DNA of 64,000 nt from Takakia lepidozioides (Eukaryota > Plantae > Bryophyta). This document shows positions 22,891-34,359 of the stretch, in pieces (position 1 is the stretch's first letter; the number at the start of each line of letters is the position of its first letter). The notes beneath the pieces were generated by a model that worked only from the letters and a program-made list of their open reading frames with translations, searched no databases and was not told where the DNA came from. Made by a program: the position numbers and the translations under genes. The stretch covers positions 49,104,001 to 49,168,000 of the forward strand of contig CM060733.1 in assembly GCA_030704615.1 (NCBI GenBank). The letters are read 5' to 3'.

Positions 22891-23582
22891 TTTGTTTCCT
22901 CTTGTTCTGCCCAAACTGGATGCGGGGTCAATGGTCACAAGGGTACGACAAACAACCTTTATGAGTACATTCTTTAGGCTTCCCATTGACATCATGTACT
23001 TTATCTTCTGCTTTAGTTTCTACTTTTGTTACTGTTTCTGTCCAATGAAGCTCTTTGTGCTGTTGTGGATCTTATGGTTTTTCTTCTATCTCTACTTTCA
23101 TCTATGTATATCATCCATATTAGGCAATTCATCCAAGATTTATATTTGTTTTGGAGAATTTTGGCGATTTCATCCATGAGAAAATAGGAAATTTACGACA
23201 GAATATTCGATTTTGATTTTTGAGGTTGAAAAAGTGCAAAATTTCGGCAGCAAGAGAAAGGATGAAAATCACCAAGAGCCAAAAAAAATAGAAGGAATAA
23301 CAAATGGAATGGTACAAAGAAAGAAGGAAACCACTTTCTTCATTATAAGAAGTAAGCAACTTATTATATCTCCTTACGTCCAATCCTCTCTAAATGCCTC
23401 CCAAAAGATGCCTCATAGGGAGCTTATCTTGTATCATTTGTATCTTTTTTTTAAAAAAATTGGTATTTTTTCATAAAATATCTAAACAATTGGAGCAAAC
23501 TTTGGCATTTGACTGTCATTTTCATGAACGTCGCACTAGGGTTTAATCTATATGATCTAATGTTGTATACTATAGTTGTGTA

Positions 23583-24776
23583 TTAATTACTGTCGATGCC
23601 ATTAGGGCAAATATCTAAGGGAGGGCCTACACTTCCATCCCAGTTGATGTTTGGACCTTGGCATGTTCCTTCCCAGCATGAAACCGGAATGTGGTTACCA
23701 TCGTAGTTATGCTCAATTATGCCCCCATTGATAACATTCACAATAAAATCCGGGACATAGTTGTAGCCGATGATATTTGGGATGAAACTTGCAGCTTTAG
23801 ATGGTGAAAGTGCACTGTATTTTGCAGATATTACTTCACCTGCAAAATTTGATATCCAAGTTATAATTTCTCCATTGTAGAACATAGAAGCAAGGTCGTT
23901 TAGGATGGAACTAATATCTCTTAGAATTGTTGCTACTTCCACCTCCGTCAAATCAATTTGATACTTAAATATGGCAAATGGGGTTGTTGCACATCGATCT
24001 TCATGTGTATAATTGTTCGCGTCCGAATTCACAAAAGTACACTGAAACGTTTGCCAGCTGCAACATGTATAAGTGCCAGCAGATACTATAGCTTTGAAGG
24101 ATGTGTCCGTCACCGGGAGCTGTCGACGTCACAAAGCAAATTAAAACATGAATGTGAATATATGATAACATGCAATATCGCCATCATTTGTGGAGCTTAA
24201 GATGCACTAATAATGACATTTTTTTTTTCGAAGTAAAATACAACTATATGAATATGTACATATATACTATCCGAAACAATTCCGAACTTTGACATCTAAT
24301 TATCTTGAATCCTAATACTTGGTGTGGTAGATCTCAAACCTAGCCTATAAGCAAAGTGGTTAAAACTAATTTTATATCCACTTCTTTACCAATATAAATG
24401 GTTCAAAATTCTTGTAGCTGATCACGATGAATGTGGATTTCAATGTAGGATACTTTGTTTAAAGACACCTCTTTGAATTTAACTAATCTACTCAACATGA
24501 CCAAACATGATCGACCATGGACCTTCTCTTATGTATATGGAGTGGAGTACAACCTTGACAACTATTGATACAAGATTTCAAACTCTACAATTTTTTGCAT
24601 TTTCACGTAGGTCTCAAACTCGTGACTCGTAACTCAATGATTACCTGTAGGACGCTGATGTCGTAGGAGGCAAGGTTGAACACGCAGTAAGCAGACGCCC
24701 CTTTCAAGAAAATTGGCGTCAGAATCATGATCAAGTAGAGAGGAGCATTCACCATGAGATGCATCATTGGTGCCAT
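23583..24776 (-). CDS. Two-exon putative secreted Cys-containing protein (~222 aa)
   Basis: Exon 1 24776-24645 encodes a signal-peptide-like MAPMMHLMVNAPLYLIMILTPIFLKGASA|YCVFN with a CAG|GT donor. Exon 2 24119-23583 follows a CAG acceptor, phase 0, in frame to a stop. Confidence 0.7.
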
Positions 24777-25914
24777 AATTGATAGGTGCAACTGGTTATG
24801 GGTGCAATAAACCACTTATCTCTTTCTTATTTGGACAAGATTGTTTTTTTTACCCTTGAAGTACTAAATCTTCAGAGACCACATGCACACTAAAATGCAC
24901 CCGCACAAATGCATTGATAGATGTGGGTGTTGAGTGATGATATCTAGATTTATACCTCCCTACATGCATGACAGACAAACTGTACTATTAATGGATGTAA
25001 AATTGTATTGCTGCATTGATAGTTTGTCGATGTGTCAACGTATGACAGCTTGGTTATGCAGACACGTGATGCGCAAACCCGATATGACTGGATCTGTGCA
25101 TCATCCCAACAAATGTGATCAGGTGTTGCGTGCAATCGGGTTGTGGGTGCATAGAAGTAAAAAACTGAAGGGTCAGACTTTTGGGTAAAATGTATGTTTG
25201 CGTTGGTTACGCATGTACTAGGCAGAGCTAAATTTAAAAGACATCTGTTTCATTTCGGCATGTGTACTGCTTTAGTGTACCAAAAGTGGCTAAATAGCTT
25301 GTGATGAACAAAATATCGACTTGGTCGATTTAGTTGTGCCGTTGGCACCTTGGACTAGGAGATTGGCGGCCTCGTTATCTTGTACTATGCTTGTGTATGC
25401 TATTCAAGTGATGTAGTTGTAATTGATGTATGTGTATTGGGTCAACCCAGATGAACATGGTTGCGCCGCTGGCATGGACTAAGAGATTGACGGCCTTGTT
25501 ATACTTATATTAACATATTGTTTGTGGATGTGATATGTGATGTATTTATGTACTGCTACTACAACATAATCCGGCTTTCACGACTGAGGGGTTGTGGCGG
25601 CCATGGCTTTTTCTGTCTATGTTTATGACTGCAAGTCTTAAAAGCCAAGAATTTTGCTATTCCACATAAACGTAGTCGTGGTTGTGTCTACACGTATACG
25701 AAAAATACGGAGGGTTGGTCAACTTCATTTGACCGTACCAACATCTTGAAAATATATAACTATCAATAATGGGTTGTGTCTATGACATGTAGAAGAAGAT
25801 GACGTGGCAATATGTTTCAGTCGTCTTTGCTATTAACAGTCATTTAGCATATTAAGCCTAAATTAAAAACAATAAACATTTTGTATTTTAGAATTTGTAA
25901 GTTTTTTAGGCTAA

Positions 25915-26650
25915 GAATGTCGACGGATGTGGGATCGTGGCATACTATGATTGCAAGATATACACACCAAGATGCAAGAACTGTGAAGGAGAGAGGGATG
26001 TTGTTAAGTGCGGAAGAGGGCTGTAGTGAAAGAGAGGCATGTTGTGAAGTGCAAGAGCATTCTCAATGTACACCAAGTTTAGAGTTTAGGGTTTACTTGG
26101 ACCTTGAACGCGCTTCGGTCCCATGGAATATATACACACATTATAGTATTGTCGGTGGACGCCTTTGTGATGCCAATCGGTGGATTGAACCACTACCACT
26201 TTCAAGGTGGTACCACTGGGCTACAACTTGGTTGTCCATATTCACATGGAATATTATGATGCCAAAATTTACCAAGCACAAGTGTGGCAGGAATACCTTG
26301 GAGACATATGAGCAAAAGATAGGAAAGGTTTGAAGGTCGACCACATCATGTTCGTTTGTGTTTGCAATGCATGTGTGAGCTTGGCAGTCCTGGAAAAGGG
26401 CAAAGCGGTCCATGGTGACATCATCAAAGCTGGGATTGTACCAGACGTCAGTCTGAACACTGCCTTGATGGACATGTATGCCAAATGCGACAACATCAAG
26501 GATGCAAAGGGAGTGTTCCACACATTGAATGAAGTGTGTTGTTATGGAGCACTCGATCGCAAGATATGCCAAACATGGGTGCGGGATGGAGGCTTTTGAG
26601 ACCTATGAGCAAAAAATACGGGAAGGGTCCAATTTGGATGTGATTTCACT
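25915..26650 (+). pseudogene. PLS-class pentatricopeptide repeat (PPR) gene fragment
   Basis: VGSWHTMIARY; IFTWNIMM; FVCVCNACVSLAVLEKGKAVHGDIIKAGIVPDVSLNTALMDMYAKC; ARYAKHGCGMEAFETYEQ; frameshifted. Confidence 0.85.
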
Positions 26651-27096
26651 TAATATGCAACTGAGCCTTTTGGGAAATCTTGTTTGTACCCTTCTTCCTA
26701 GCCACCCAGCCTCTACCTTCAACAATAAACACCAGTTACACTTTGAGACAACAAAGGCCTCATTTTATGTATCATGTAAGCAGTTCAATGGAAGGTCTAT
26801 TTTGTTGATTGCTGTGGAATGCCAACATACTAGACTCCTGAGACCACATCCACACTATAATGGTGTCGTTCACGGATCTCGCGTTGTCCGGTGTGTGCAA
26901 CCAGAAAGCCATATGAAAATTGAGGTCCAACCAGGATAGGCCTCATGCATCTAGAAATGTACAATATTTGTCAACTTTTTATGTGCTAAAAGGGAGTGGT
27001 TTCTTGAAATGATTTGCTAAAGCGATCATAAACATAAGGAGAAAGATAAGGACTCATATAACCTGCCAAACCATAGCTGTCAGAACACAACAAGTC

Positions 27097-28020
27097 TCAA
27101 ACCCACATAATTGAAGGAGACAACAACTCATACAGAAAAGAATCCACCTCGGCATAAGCTTTTAGATCATCCTCAGTCAATGGTAGCAGTGTGCACGGAG
27201 CAGGAGGGACATCACAATCAAAATCCAACGAACCCTCAACGTGCTGAGCTTGGATGAATCTCTCATACTCCTCAAAAACTGCCTGTCTCATCATCCGAGA
27301 ATGTGGGAGACCTGTAACTGGATGGATAGGGTCAAATAGGGGAAAGGAAACACAAATGTCACTCCCTGCAGCCTCTACGTTTGCACCGGCAAGCACCCCG
27401 CTGCTAGAAAAGCCCCCTCCACCTGCAGAGCGAGAACTTCCGCGGCCACCGGCACTAGGAGTCAAATCCATAAGGTTCCCATCCTTGTTGTATCTCTTAC
27501 GCTCCCAATACATACTGTGGAGCTTCTTGATGTACTGGATATCAGTGGGACGCACATAAGTGTGGACACTCTCATTGTGCCATATTAGATGCTTCACATG
27601 GGCAAATCTAGGCACTGAAGGCACAATCTGCTCGTGATCCTGCAAAACCTTAACGTGGATGGCATGAGAAAAGCTCAAATAACCTGGCATAGCTGTTCCT
27701 GGCGGATCTGGCGTGAGAGGCTTCGGCGGCTGATGGGGCAATCTGGTAGTTCCCAGCCAAGGCACAAACCTTTGCGGCTGCTGTGATGCACGTCCTATCC
27801 CCAGAAACAAGGCTCCAAGATACGACGTAGGGTCAAAGTGAAGTAGTAAATCAATATACCCATAACTTGCATGGACGTTATTACCGGATGCATCTGCATC
27901 AACAACACGACACCCCACGGGAGAAGATAGGGGAGGGACCTTGGTAGGAGAGGCCTCGTTCAAGCACGCGTGGTATATGCCCAAATTGACAAAATACAAC
28001 TTTCCAACCTCGAAGGCCAT
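27097..28020 (-). CDS. Hypothetical intronless protein, 307 aa
   Basis: Uninterrupted ATG-to-stop ORF, good start context (AAGATGGC), Gly/Ser linker and acidic C-terminus; no confident family. Confidence 0.6.
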   Translation of the reverse strand: MAFEVGKLYFVNLGIYHACLNEASPTKVPPLSSPVGCRVVDADASGNNVHASYGYIDLLLHFDPTSYLGALFLGIGRASQQPQRFVPWLGTTRLPHQPPKPLTPDPPGTAMPGYLSFSHAIHVKVLQDHEQIVPSVPRFAHVKHLIWHNESVHTYVRPTDIQYIKKLHSMYWERKRYNKDGNLMDLTPSAGGRGSSRSAGGGGFSSSGVLAGANVEAAGSDICVSFPLFDPIHPVTGLPHSRMMRQAVFEEYERFIQAQHVEGSLDFDCDVPPAPCTLLPLTEDDLKAYAEVDSFLYELLSPSIMWV

Positions 28021-29526
28021 CTTCTCACTGGTCTATAGAATCAAACACAAAAATCCAATTACTACTCAATCGGTATTGGCAACCTTACCCATATACAACA
28101 CATCGTGTATCAACACTGATTGTGGGCTCAATCAACATACTGTCCGTCAACTTCATAGAGGCCACAAAAACTTAATTCAACATACAAAGAAACTTACCAG
28201 AATCACCACTTCTCCAACGCACATTCTAGAGACGAAACAAACGCCGGTGAGCAGACGGAAACGTACAGAATTTAGGACACATGCAGAGTCATTCAACGAA
28301 ACCTACACCTGTACAACCACTGCAATGAACCCCCACTCCCTCGCATCCTGAGCCTCTCTCTCCTAACTCCCCAAGAAGCAACAACCTCACTCATAACGCA
28401 ATCAGCAACACGATCCTCCCTCCTACACACGAATAGCGGTCCAACACCACTCCCATACACTCCCTCCAAACCTCTCTCATAGACACAAATCTCTCATACC
28501 TCACTACTCAACTAACTGGATAATGAATAGAAGGATCGGAGTGGAACCTCAATCATCTACCTCATGGCAGTTATTTTTTTCTTACTTTATTAATAATTTA
28601 GCTTCCAGGGTCACTCCCTGTTCTCTAAAAAAGAAAAAAGAAAGAAAGAAAAAAATAGAAAAAAATCTGTTTAACTATACTTTGTATAATTGAGGATTTT
28701 ATGAGTTAAATTTAGGGATATAAACTTATAAATAAATTATGTAATATATTAGTACTATAAATTATGTACTATTTATTTATTTATTTAAAAAGGGAAACAC
28801 CTGGGAGCGACAGCTCACAAATCAGGCTATTTATCTATTACTAAAGGGTATAGTTATGAGTTATATTTGTATGAGTTATACCCGGTATTTTTACTATTTA
28901 TTTATACCCTTCAGATCCAACCAGCAGTAATATATCTTTACCCGGAGGCTAAATGTAATTTTGAAAATATAGTAGGCGGAGGGTATGTTTAAAACAATAT
29001 ACTCGCACAACACTGGTGAGTGAGAACCATGGGGCCCACTCTGCGGAAAGCAATGGTAGGGCGACCACGTGTGAGCACCTCACGAAAGGTAGGCCAAAAG
29101 CTATGGCTTGCGTGGCAGCGCCTTGTCCGTCCCTGCAATCTCTGTATTGTGCTTGACATGTGGGGACGAATCAGTGGCATGCGAGCAGGGCTATGGAGTA
29201 ATATACGCAGAGATCAAGGCAAATGCAAAGCGCATGTGCTGGCCTTCACCATCACTCCAAAGTAGCCGAGTGTTTTCTCGCAGAGGACCACTCGGTCCAC
29301 TCGGTTATGGTGTGTGTCTGAGTTTCTCAATGACAAGGCAGAGTGTGTGTGGCTGATAGGACTCTGACGAGGAGTGTGGGGTTGAGGAACTATCGATTTT
29401 CTTCGCAGCCCAGTTCGTTATATACGCTTGAATAGGGGCGAGGAAGGGAAGTCCAAAGGCGTGAGCAACGAGCCCAATACTCTGTGAAGTTCTCGAGACC
29501 AGCAAGGTGTGTGCTGAAGGAGAAAA

Positions 29527-31134
29527 ATGGCAACAATGGAAGCTGTTCTGAATGGAGAGGTGGGCGTGGGTGAGGATTTGCCCCCCGAGTATGAGCAAGA
29601 CGATCCCGCCAAGAGTATATCTCAAAGGAGGGCTGGGATTCTTCTGCACCCGTCATCCTTGCCAGGCCCCTATGGCATAGGAGAGCTTGGCAAGGAGGCA
29701 TTGATCTTTCTGGACTGGTTGGAATCTACCGGGTGCACTGTCTGGCAGGTACTGCCCTTGGTTCCTCCGGGAAGGAAAGGAGGCGAGGACGGTTCACCTT
29801 ATGCTGGCAGCGATGCCAACTGCGGAAACACTCTCCTCATCTCGCTGGAAGAGCTTGTGAAGGATGGCCTCTTGGACAAGGGTGACCTCCCCAAGACAGT
29901 ACCTGTTGGGAGAGCGAAATTTGATGCGGTTGCTCAAGTGAAGGACCACCTCGTATCCAAGGCGGCGAAGAACCTTGTTGGGAGAAAAGGCCCCATGAAG
30001 GATGACTTCGAGAAATTCCGGAAAAACCCCCGTATCTCAGCGTGGCTAGAGGAGGCCGCATTGTTTGCAGCCATAGACCACGCAATTGATACACAGTACT
30101 GGTGGGAATGGCCCGAACCTCTCAGAGACCGCAGCCCTACAGCCCTGGATACAGCACGCCACAAGCACGAAGACTTCATTTCCCAATTCATTGCAGAGCA
30201 GTTTTTGTTCCATCGCCAATGGCAGGCCATTCACACCTATGCTAACAACCATGGCATTAAGATTGTGGGGGACATGCCAATTTACGTAGGAGGTCACAGT
30301 GCGGATGTCTGGGCAAACCGCTCGATGTTTGCTTTGGACCAAAAGACTGGGGCTCCGGCAATGGTGAGTGGGGTTCCTCCAGATTTGTTCAGCTCAACCG
30401 GACAGCTTTGGGGCAGCCCTCTCTACAACTGGACCGAGATGGCCAGGGATGGATATACATGGTGGGTCACTCGAATGAGACGGGCATTCGAGCTCTATGA
30501 TGAGTTCCGGATCGACCATTTCCGAGGGCTGGCTGGCTATTGGGCTGTTCCTGCTACCGCTGAGACTGCCATGCATGGAAAATGGAAGGCTGGTCCAAGG
30601 GAAGATTTTTTCATTGCCATCAGGGAGGCGGTTGGTAAGGTTGATATCATTGCTGAAGACTTGGGTGTCATCACAGGGGATGTGGTGTCATTGCGAAAAA
30701 ATATTAAGGCTCCTGGCATGGCTGTTCTCCAGTTTGCATTTGGGAGTGATTCCAAGAATCCTCATTTACCACATAACCACGAATGTGACCAAGTGGTGTA
30801 CCCAGGAACGCATGACAACGATACCTGCGTGGGTTGGTGGAATAAAGCTGATACGAAGGAAAAAGACTCTGTGAAGCGATATCTGCGGTTTGAGAAGGAT
30901 GATGAGATCCATTGGGAACTTATCCGGTGCGCCATGGCGTCTGTTGCTCGCACAGCCGTAATCCCGCTTCAGGATGTGCTAGGTCTGGATAACTCAGCTC
31001 GGATGAACACGCCAGCTACCCAGTTAGGTAATTGGGGTTGGAGAGTGGGAGAGACAGGTATTTTTAGTAAGTTAGAGAAGGAGAAGAAGCATTTACATGC
31101 ACTTCTCACTGAATTCAACCGCCTACCTCGCTGA
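29527..31134 (+). CDS. DPE1: 4-alpha-glucanotransferase / disproportionating enzyme (GH77), intronless
   Basis: VGEDLP..RRAGILLHPSSLPGPYGIGELG, WQVLPLVPP, GDMPIYV, SGVPPDLFSSTGQLWGSPLY, FRIDHFRG, IIAEDLG, YPGTHDNDT, ARMNTPATQLGNWGWR. Confidence 0.96.
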   Translation: MATMEAVLNGEVGVGEDLPPEYEQDDPAKSISQRRAGILLHPSSLPGPYGIGELGKEALIFLDWLESTGCTVWQVLPLVPPGRKGGEDGSPYAGSDANCGNTLLISLEELVKDGLLDKGDLPKTVPVGRAKFDAVAQVKDHLVSKAAKNLVGRKGPMKDDFEKFRKNPRISAWLEEAALFAAIDHAIDTQYWWEWPEPLRDRSPTALDTARHKHEDFISQFIAEQFLFHRQWQAIHTYANNHGIKIVGDMPIYVGGHSADVWANRSMFALDQKTGAPAMVSGVPPDLFSSTGQLWGSPLYNWTEMARDGYTWWVTRMRRAFELYDEFRIDHFRGLAGYWAVPATAETAMHGKWKAGPREDFFIAIREAVGKVDIIAEDLGVITGDVVSLRKNIKAPGMAVLQFAFGSDSKNPHLPHNHECDQVVYPGTHDNDTCVGWWNKADTKEKDSVKRYLRFEKDDEIHWELIRCAMASVARTAVIPLQDVLGLDNSARMNTPATQLGNWGWRVGETGIFSKLEKEKKHLHALLTEFNRLPR

Positions 31135-31559
31135 GAGAAATGGGGCTCAATGGAGGAGGACGGCACATTGGATGTCTGATACACCTATCCAAGGCCAGGT
31201 TTGTCAGCGTCATCTTTGACAGAGGATGCAGTCAAATATAGAGACACAATGATGTTTTAAAACGGGGCATGATTGTTTGATGGTGCTTATTTCGGCATTA
31301 CTGGAGAGGGCTCACAATGTAAACTGCAAATGTGTAATGGAGGTGAGGTGAAAAATGAGATGAGATGACAGGGGTGAGCTGCATTGTATCGCCTAGGGAG
31401 GGGTGGCAGTGACCACGATCAAGAAGATGGAGAGAGTTCTTACAAATTCTATTGTGTAAGGAGGTGAGGAAGAGAAGGTCCCAAATAGGTGGGGGTCAGT
31501 GTGGGATTAAGATGGCTTAGTTCAGATGGTATTTACTCTCTCTTTTCCTGATGAGCACT

Positions 31560-32700
31560 TCAGCATGTAGAAAGAAGACTGGTCAGGGTAACTAGGAGCC
31601 ACTTCACCTTTGGGTTACTTCCCGCTTTCGGGGGTACCAATATATTCAAGTACCTTTCGTGTAAATGTTTCCTCATCTCTCTCACTTTCCTGCATGAGTT
31701 TCCTATCTCAAGGCGGAGCTGTCCATAAGTACAGCCCTGGCGTTCAGTATGTTTCTCTATATCAATAGCAAACAGTAAAGGGTTGATCACTGGGAGGTTC
31801 CTGGTTTTTTATAATGTTCCAGACTGTCTGGCTGGAGTGTAGTAAACACTGGTTGTCCTGAATTCCTTAGAATGTGCCATGTCCTAAATTACAGTGACTA
31901 GTAGTCATTTGTGGCTGAAGGGATTTGACAAAGTGACTTCAATTTTAGTTCCAAAACTCTCGGGGCTTGCAGAGAGGAGTCCTAATCCCACCCTTGCACA
32001 CGCATGGGCAATTACGCAAGCTACCATCGGTGTCTTCAACCCCTCTATCTCTCTCTGCCCTGTTGTCACAGATGTGGCCAAACTGTGTCCAATCTGTAGC
32101 AGCACAGAAGCGACATTCAGCATAAGAGACTTTGAACACTTGATTCCCTGTAAATTGAAATTGCACAAACCCTATGTCAGTTTTACTATCCCAAAGGACT
32201 GCCACTACCGGTGTGCAGTAAGTCAACAATCCTTGGGGGAGTGCGGGGCGATGGGAATACTCTTCCCTCTCATCCTGGCTGAGGCATTTTGTTTTGCAGA
32301 TGAAACGTTTGTAGAAACTCTTGGCGCTTAGGGTCATCTTCCTGCAGGGATAGAGACTGTTTGCCGATTCCTTAGAATGTAGTGCTTTGTTTGATAGACA
32401 TTATGATGGTGTCTTCTTGGCTCTCTGATACAGCCGTTTCACACAAGCACATGTAAGAACAAGCTGGTTAGAGTGGTGAGAGAGAGGGTAGAGACGAGAG
32501 GCCTTTGTGTGTGTAGGACTACCGTAGTTTCATCCAGGCAAGAGTGTTAACAAGCACAGGAAATGGCAGCAGGCAGAGGGGCAGGGGCTGGGACACGGAC
32601 TACGTAGTTGCAGGAGTCTTTGCTCATTATCAGCATTGCTGCAGGTGGAAACAGTAACGAGGTTTAACCATTTAATAATTCCTCGAGGTTTGTACTGCGG
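31560..32700 (-). mobile_element. Highly degenerate LINE RT remnant (limits approximate)
   Basis: INPLLFAIDIE (cf. LSPLLFAI) and ERYLNILV (cf. KYLGIP). Confidence 0.4.
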
Positions 32701-33104
32701 TCAGTAGTAGGTATGGTAAAGGTGGCATTAGTCATGCCCTCTACCATACTAAAAAGTAGAGGGTGTTCAGAAGTACTATGTTAATATTAGCTGAATTAAT
32801 GGGTAGACGTGAGATGTTCAACTGGCACTGGAGCATCTCATCCTTCCCGGTGCGCAGTTACAGCATTGTGTTTCTTTGTTAGTCACATGATGAATTGCTC
32901 AAGAAGTAGCCAGAGATATAACTTGCAGAGATGAAGGAGAAAATTACAAAGCCACTACTGCAAAAATGGCAGGCTTTGTCGTCTTTCCAATACTAGAACA
33001 ACTTGCATTGTTCTTGGAGGTCATTAGGAAAGCCGAGAGGGGAAAATAACCTTGGTAGGAAAAGCCACAAGGCTACGGGGGCATTGCCCAGAAAAGCCAC
33101 TGGA

Positions 33105-33410
33105 GGCTTATTACACTAACAACAGGTCCCCAAAACTGAGTACTACGGATCCTGAACAGAACAAGCCCTGGACCTAAGAATGGAACACAGCAGGGGCCTA
33201 AACTAAGAGTGCCCAATGACACAACAGCAAAGCCTAATGAAAGAAGAACCAGCAGCCATTTGAAGGCTGATTACACTAACAACAGGTCCCCAAAAATGAA
33301 TAGCCGAGGACCTTGTCAAGAATAGAAACAGGTAGTCCGGGCCTTAAACTAAGAGTGCCCAATGACACAAGAGCAAAGCCTGATGAAAGAAGAACAATCA
33401 GCCGCTTGAA
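33105..33410 (+). repeat. Diverged tandem duplication, 2 x ~155 bp
   Basis: ATTACACTAACAACAGGTCCCCAAAA and AAACTAAGAGTGCCCAATGACACAA each occur twice. Confidence 0.85.
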
Positions 33411-34359
33411 GTAGGACTCCTTGAACTCTGCATGAGTAGCCAGAAGTGCAGGTAATCACCCAATGGATTGATGTTATTGTCCTGTTCTTCAAGGCTGTAA
33501 TATATGGTCCCATCTTTACCTTGCATTTCATATAAACTTGAGGAGTGCAAACCGCAGATTGACAAAAGCATTCAGATCCTCTCAATTCCCTCTTGGAGCG
33601 AGGGCATGTGGAAAAGGAACAAGATCAGCACCAGAAATGGAGTTGATTCAGCCAGGCAATGCCCACTCAGCAGGCACCCAGCATTCATTTAATGCTTCAG
33701 CAATGAATCGCTTGCTGAAAGATTATTGGACAATGAATGAGAGCTGGAGGAGAAAATGACCTAAGGAACATGAACAAACCTCTACCTGACTGAAAAAGAA
33801 CATAAAGAGTTGCTAAACTGCACAATTAAGACTTGCTGGACTGCTTGACTGGAAGGAATAAGAGCAGTGCAAATGCTACTGTTTGGACAACACTGGTCAG
33901 TTCCTAGAGATCACTCCAATGATAATCCAGGATATATTGATGATATGGCCATAAACAAGGAGGGATTGAGGGAGTGGGGATAAGTAGACTCTGACAAACT
34001 ACTCAAATGCTGGGTCACTCTGGGTGATGATATTCCAATCGATCATGGCAATCAACTACTTGGAGGACCAGCTGACGCTTTGTCGAATTCCTTGATAGAT
34101 CAGTCCCAGTGATCGACCAATAAGACGGACAAGGAGGAAAGACACTGCATCTCCCAGTTTCGATAGGAGTTGCTGAAGCAGAGGGCCAACTATGTCCGAG
34201 AACTCCAAGTACAAGCTGTAGTAGTACCTCCTGACATTCAATCAAGCAACCTAGGGTAAGTATGACTACAACAAATTATTACATGTCCCACCTCTGACTC
34301 CAACTCCAAAAGTTTTAGAAAGGATGGAAACTCTGTCTCTCTCTCTCTCTCTCTCCTGT

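Noticed and set aside
29527-31134. Bacterial malQ contamination or recent HGT
   Set aside because: Has the plant DPE1-type VGEDLP N-terminal segment and is embedded among eukaryotic genes and TEs.
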